A stretch of 64,000 nt of DNA from positions 44,115 to 108,114 of the forward strand of contig JBGPTH010000001.1 of the NCBI GenBank assembly GCA_041490525.1. Reading direction: 5' to 3'. The notes under the pieces are model-generated. The model had not been told where the DNA came from and searched no databases. It saw only the letters and a program-made list of their open reading frames with translations. The stretch comes from Nitrospiria bacterium. GTDB taxonomy: Bacteria > Nitrospirota > Nitrospiria > Nitrospirales > NS-4. This document shows positions 61,022 through 64,000 of this stretch, one piece after another; positions within the stretch are counted from its first letter, which is position 1, and each line of letters starts with the position of its first letter. The position numbers were made by a program, and so were the translations under genes.

Positions 61022-61065
61022 GCGGATTCTATCGCGGAATTAAGCGGATTCTATCGCGGAATTAA
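61022..61065. repeat. perfect 22-bp tandem duplication spanning the modC stop
   Basis: gcggattctatcgcggaattaa occurs twice back to back (61022-61043 and 61044-61065). The second copy contains the last modC codons and stop (minus strand ...ATT CCG CGA TAG). Confidence 0.9.
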
Positions 61066-62145
61066 ATGGATAGCGGAGGCTTTGATGGTGGCCGTGACGG
61101 GCGCGCCGGGGGCCAACCCCAGGTCCTGCGCAGACTGGCGGGTGACCAGCGCCGTCAGCGCAAAGCCGCAGTCGATGGACACGCGCGAGACCGGTCCGGC
61201 CGGATGGACGGCGGTGACCCGACCGGGCAGGTGGTTCCGGGCGCTGCTGCTCGGACCGGCGCCGGTCTCGACGGTCACGTCCTCGGCCCGAATGCACATG
61301 TAAAACTCCTCGCCCTTCCCGGAGGTCTCCAGGGCCCACAGCCGTACGCCCCCCACCTCCAGCCCCACCAGGTCCTCCTTGCGGTCGGCGAGCCGCCCCA
61401 TCATCACCGTCTCCACCCCGACGATGGCGGCTACCTCGGTATCGACCGGCCGGCTGAAGACCTCCTCCGGAGACCCGGTCTGAAGCACGCGCCCGCCGGC
61501 CATGACCGCCACCTCGTCCGCCAAGGCCAGCACCTCGACCCAGTCATGGGTGACGCAGATGGCCGGGGTGCCCTGCCCGCGCAACAGTCCCCGCAACTCC
61601 CCCCGCACCTGCTCGCGGGTCGGCGCATCCAGGGCGGACAACGGCTCGTCCAGCAGCAACAGCCGCGGGCGGCGCATCAGCACCCTCGCGAGCGCCACGC
61701 GCTGCTGCTGACCCCCGGAGAGCTGGCTCGGGCGACGCTCTTCCAATCCCTTCAGGCGCAGGAGCCTGAGCAGGTCCTCCAGCCGGGCCTCGCGTTCCTT
61801 TCCGGAAATCCCCGTCCGCGAATAGGTGATGTTGCGGGCGACGGTGAGATGGGGAAAGAGCGCGTACTCCTGGAAGAGATAGCCGATGGCGCGGGCCTGC
61901 GGCGGCCTCATGACCCCGGATTCCGTGTCGAACCAGGTCTCGCCGCCAAAGCTGATCCGCCCGCGCGCGGGGCGTTCCAGGCCGGCCAGGCAGCGCAGCA
62001 CCGTCGTCTTGCCGGCCCCCGACGGGCCGAACAGGACCGTCACGTGCGGCCGCCCGACCGGCATTCGAAGGGCCGCCCGGATGGTCTGGCCCCCGCCGTA
62101 CACCATCTCGAAGTCGGCCGTTATCTCATCGGCCATACGGCCCAC
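61051..62145 (-). CDS. modC: molybdate ABC transporter ATP-binding protein with C-terminal TOBE domains
   Basis: 'GPSGAGKTTVLRCLAGL', 'LSGGQQQRVALARVL' and 'LLLLDEPLSALD'. The ~130-aa C-terminal TOBE/Mop-like region and the modA-modB-modC order support the call. Confidence 0.85.
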   Translation of the reverse strand: MGRMADEITADFEMVYGGGQTIRAALRMPVGRPHVTVLFGPSGAGKTTVLRCLAGLERPARGRISFGGETWFDTESGVMRPPQARAIGYLFQEYALFPHLTVARNITYSRTGISGKEREARLEDLLRLLRLKGLEERRPSQLSGGQQQRVALARVLMRRPRLLLLDEPLSALDAPTREQVRGELRGLLRGQGTPAICVTHDWVEVLALADEVAVMAGGRVLQTGSPEEVFSRPVDTEVAAIVGVETVMMGRLADRKEDLVGLEVGGVRLWALETSGKGEEFYMCIRAEDVTVETGAGPSSSARNHLPGRVTAVHPAGPVSRVSIDCGFALTALVTRQSAQDLGLAPGAPVTATIKASAIHLIPR

Positions 62146-62795
62146 ACGTTCCGGTTGATCGCATAGACGACCGACAGCACGAGAAACGAAAATACCAGCA
62201 GCACGAGGGCCGTCTGCGCGGCGCCGGCATAGTTGAGCGCCTGCACCTCGTCATAGATGTCGATGGAGACGGTGCGGGTCGCGCCGGGAATATTCCCGCC
62301 CACCATCAGGACCACGCCGAATTCGCCCAACGTATGGGCGAAGCTGAGGACGACGCCGCTCACCACGCCCGCGACCGACATCGGGAGCGTCACCCGGACG
62401 AACGTCGCCAGCCGGGACACCCCGAGCGTCCACGAGGCCTCGACGAGCTTCGGGTCCACCGCCCCGAACGCGGCGGTGAAGGGCTGGACGGCGAAGGGAA
62501 GACTGTAGAGGACGGAGGCGACCACGAGCCCCTCGAACGTGAAGACCAGGGGGTGGCCGACGGCCGCCTGGTACCATTCCCCGATCGGGCTCCTCGGGCC
62601 GATCGCCACGAGCAGGTAGAAGCCCAGAACCGTGGGCGGAAGGACCAGCGGCAGCGCGACGACCGATTCCACGAGAAACTTCCAACGCCGGCGCGAGTAG
62701 GTCAGCCAGTACGCGATCGGTAGCCCCACCACGATGAGAATCACGGCGGTCAGGGCCGCCAGCTTCAGCGTCAGGACGATCGCGCCCCAGTTCAT
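62121..62795 (-). CDS. modB: molybdate ABC transporter permease
   Basis: 224 aa with five or six TM helices and an EAA-like loop ('EASWTLGVSRLATFVRVTLP'). Overlaps both modA and modC. Confidence 0.85.
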   Translation of the reverse strand: MNWGAIVLTLKLAALTAVILIVVGLPIAYWLTYSRRRWKFLVESVVALPLVLPPTVLGFYLLVAIGPRSPIGEWYQAAVGHPLVFTFEGLVVASVLYSLPFAVQPFTAAFGAVDPKLVEASWTLGVSRLATFVRVTLPMSVAGVVSGVVLSFAHTLGEFGVVLMVGGNIPGATRTVSIDIYDEVQALNYAGAAQTALVLLVFSFLVLSVVYAINRNVWAVWPMR

Positions 62796-63589
62796 GACGG
62801 AGGCTTTTCCGGCAGCAGGAAGCCGTACCGTTTGAGGACGGCGGCCCCGACCGGGCCTTTCACGAACTCCAGGAAGTCCTGCGCCCCTTTCGGGTTCTTC
62901 GCGCTTTTCAAGATCACCGCGCCCTGCTCGATCGCGGGGTAAGCCTCCTGCGGAACCTCATAGAAGTTCCCGAGTGGCTTGATCATCGGCGACACGGCCA
63001 GCGACATGGCGAGGATCCCGATTTCGGCCGAGCCGGACTGGACGAAATGCGCCGTCTGCACGATGTTCTCTCCCAGGAGGAGTTTGTTTTTCACCGCGTC
63101 GTAGATCTTATAGTGTTCCATCGCCGCTACCGCGGACTGGCCGTAGGGCGCCTGCTTTGGGTTCGCGATGGCGATTTTTTTGACCGACGAATGCTGGAGC
63201 GCCTTCATCCCCATGTACCGGACATCGATCGGCGACCCCTTGGGCACCCACAGCACGATCCGCCCGGTCGCATACGAGTAAAGAGACTTGGGATCGGCCC
63301 GCCCGGCCTCCACCAGCTTCTTCGGGTAGGCCGTGTTCGCCGAGAAAAAGAGGTCGAACCGCGCGCCGGTCGAGATCAGCAGGAAGAAGTTTCCGGAGGA
63401 GCCCAAGGAGAGCTTGACCTGATCGCCGGTGATCTGTTCGTACTCCGCCGCCAGGTCCTTGAACGCGAAATTCAAATCCGCCGCCGCCGCGACGGTGATC
63501 TCCCCCGCCTGGGCGCCGCTGCCCCCTGCGCCGACGAGGAGCGCGCTCAGCACGAGGGCCCCCAGAATGCCGTCAATCCATGTCCGCAT
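62792..63589 (-). CDS. modA: molybdate ABC transporter substrate-binding protein
   Basis: Signal peptide, then 'ITVAAAADLNFAFKDLAAEYEQITGDQVKLSLGSSGNFF...DLFFSAN', the typical ModA pattern. Confidence 0.85.
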   Translation of the reverse strand: MRTWIDGILGALVLSALLVGAGGSGAQAGEITVAAAADLNFAFKDLAAEYEQITGDQVKLSLGSSGNFFLLISTGARFDLFFSANTAYPKKLVEAGRADPKSLYSYATGRIVLWVPKGSPIDVRYMGMKALQHSSVKKIAIANPKQAPYGQSAVAAMEHYKIYDAVKNKLLLGENIVQTAHFVQSGSAEIGILAMSLAVSPMIKPLGNFYEVPQEAYPAIEQGAVILKSAKNPKGAQDFLEFVKGPVGAAVLKRYGFLLPEKPPS

Positions 63590-63609
63590 GCATCCCCCTG
63601 CCGGCCCCT

Positions 63610-64000
63610 TCAGCGCTCCTTGATCACCATCACCTCCGTCGCCTTCATGAGGGCCACGGCCGTGTCCCCGACCTTGAGCCCCAGGTCATCCAGCGCGTCG
63701 CGGGTGATCACCGCCGTGATCTTGTGTTCGCCCACGTCGAGATTGACCTGGGCCAGGATCGCGTCCCGCTTGATCGACGAGACCCTGCCCACCAGCTTGT
63801 TCCGCCCGCTGACGCCTTCGCCCTCGGCCTTCTTCCCCAGCCACTTGTCAAGCAGGGACTTCTTGAATCGGTACCGGCCCCCGATCTTCGAGCTCGGGAC
63901 CTTCCCCTGCCACAGGTAGCGGTAAAAGGTCGGCAGGCCCAGGCGCAAATACTTGGCGGCCTCCCGCGCGGTCAGGACGTCCTGGGGACCCTCGGGGACA
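63610..64000 (-). CDS. excisionase/MerR-type HTH + TOBE (Mop) domain protein, 5' end beyond the window
   Basis: The frame is open to the window edge ('...VLTAREAAKYLRLGLPTFYRYLWQGKVPSSKIGGRYRF' is the HTH). C-terminal 'NKLVGRVSSIKRDAILAQVNLDVGEHKITAVITRDALDDLGLKVGDTAVALMKATEVMV' is a TOBE domain. Upstream of modABC, so a ModE-like regulator is plausible. Confidence 0.7.
   Translation of the reverse strand, partial: VPEGPQDVLTAREAAKYLRLGLPTFYRYLWQGKVPSSKIGGRYRFKKSLLDKWLGKKAEGEGVSGRNKLVGRVSSIKRDAILAQVNLDVGEHKITAVITRDALDDLGLKVGDTAVALMKATEVMVIKER

Noticed and set aside
1-64000. Scan for CRISPR arrays, rRNA, additional tRNAs, transposase/integrase genes and riboswitches (SAM, Moco, TPP) ahead of the sulfur and molybdate genes
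   Set aside because: No regularly spaced direct repeats were seen. There is no rRNA-like sequence and no second cloverleaf. No DDE or tyrosine-recombinase motifs appear in any ORF. The leaders ahead of the sulfur and mod genes are too short (0-50 nt) to hold known riboswitches.

Overview
High-GC bacterial chromosomal window, densely coding. I support about 60 protein genes and one tRNA. I recognised no rRNA, CRISPR array, transposase or integrase. In order, the window holds: rpe; an archaeal/eukaryotic-type PheRS (pheS, pheT); an AsmA-like gene; tRNA-Val(GAC)-thrS-infC-rpmI-rplT on the minus strand; a Fis-type regulator; and clpB. Next comes an assimilatory sulfate-reduction operon: Rrf2 regulator, sulfite reductase fused to a TusA-like domain, Fe-S type APS reductase, cysD, and cysN fused to an APS-kinase-like domain. 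It is followed by a duplicated cysN 3' end bracketing a truncated DUF3175 gene, and then a ~1.4-kb AT-rich islet carrying a TIR-domain gene broken by two in-frame stops. After a TrpD-family paralogue lies a large c-di-GMP-flavoured locus. On its minus strand are a 1,197-aa PilZ-PilZ-LuxD-like-methyltransferase-HEPN-like protein, a PilZ fused to a heme-oxygenase-like enzyme, and a tandem-7TM GAF histidine kinase. On its plus strand are REC-HD-GYP and a PAS-GAF-PAS hybrid kinase. The rest is two cyclophilins, rnc, a full plsX-fabH-(FabL-like)-fabD-fabG-acpP-fabF cluster with rpmF/yceD, rpsF-ssb-rpsR, ychF, pth, rplY, prs, ispE, pilB-pilC-pilS-pilR, pgsA, a protein-thiocarboxylate sulfur-carrier cluster (two ThiS/CysO-type carriers, two E1-like adenylyltransferases, a CysK/M enzyme, a ThrC-like enzyme, a NIL protein, a JAMM protease), and modABC with an HTH-TOBE gene cut by the window end. 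The best candidates for undescribed biology are the PilZ-gated giant multidomain protein with its PilZ-diiron-oxygenase-like neighbour, the dual sulfur-carrier cluster, and the decayed TIR islet. All domain calls come from reading the translated ORFs by eye against remembered family motifs. No database search was run. The many long ORFs antisense to real genes are treated as high-GC artefacts.
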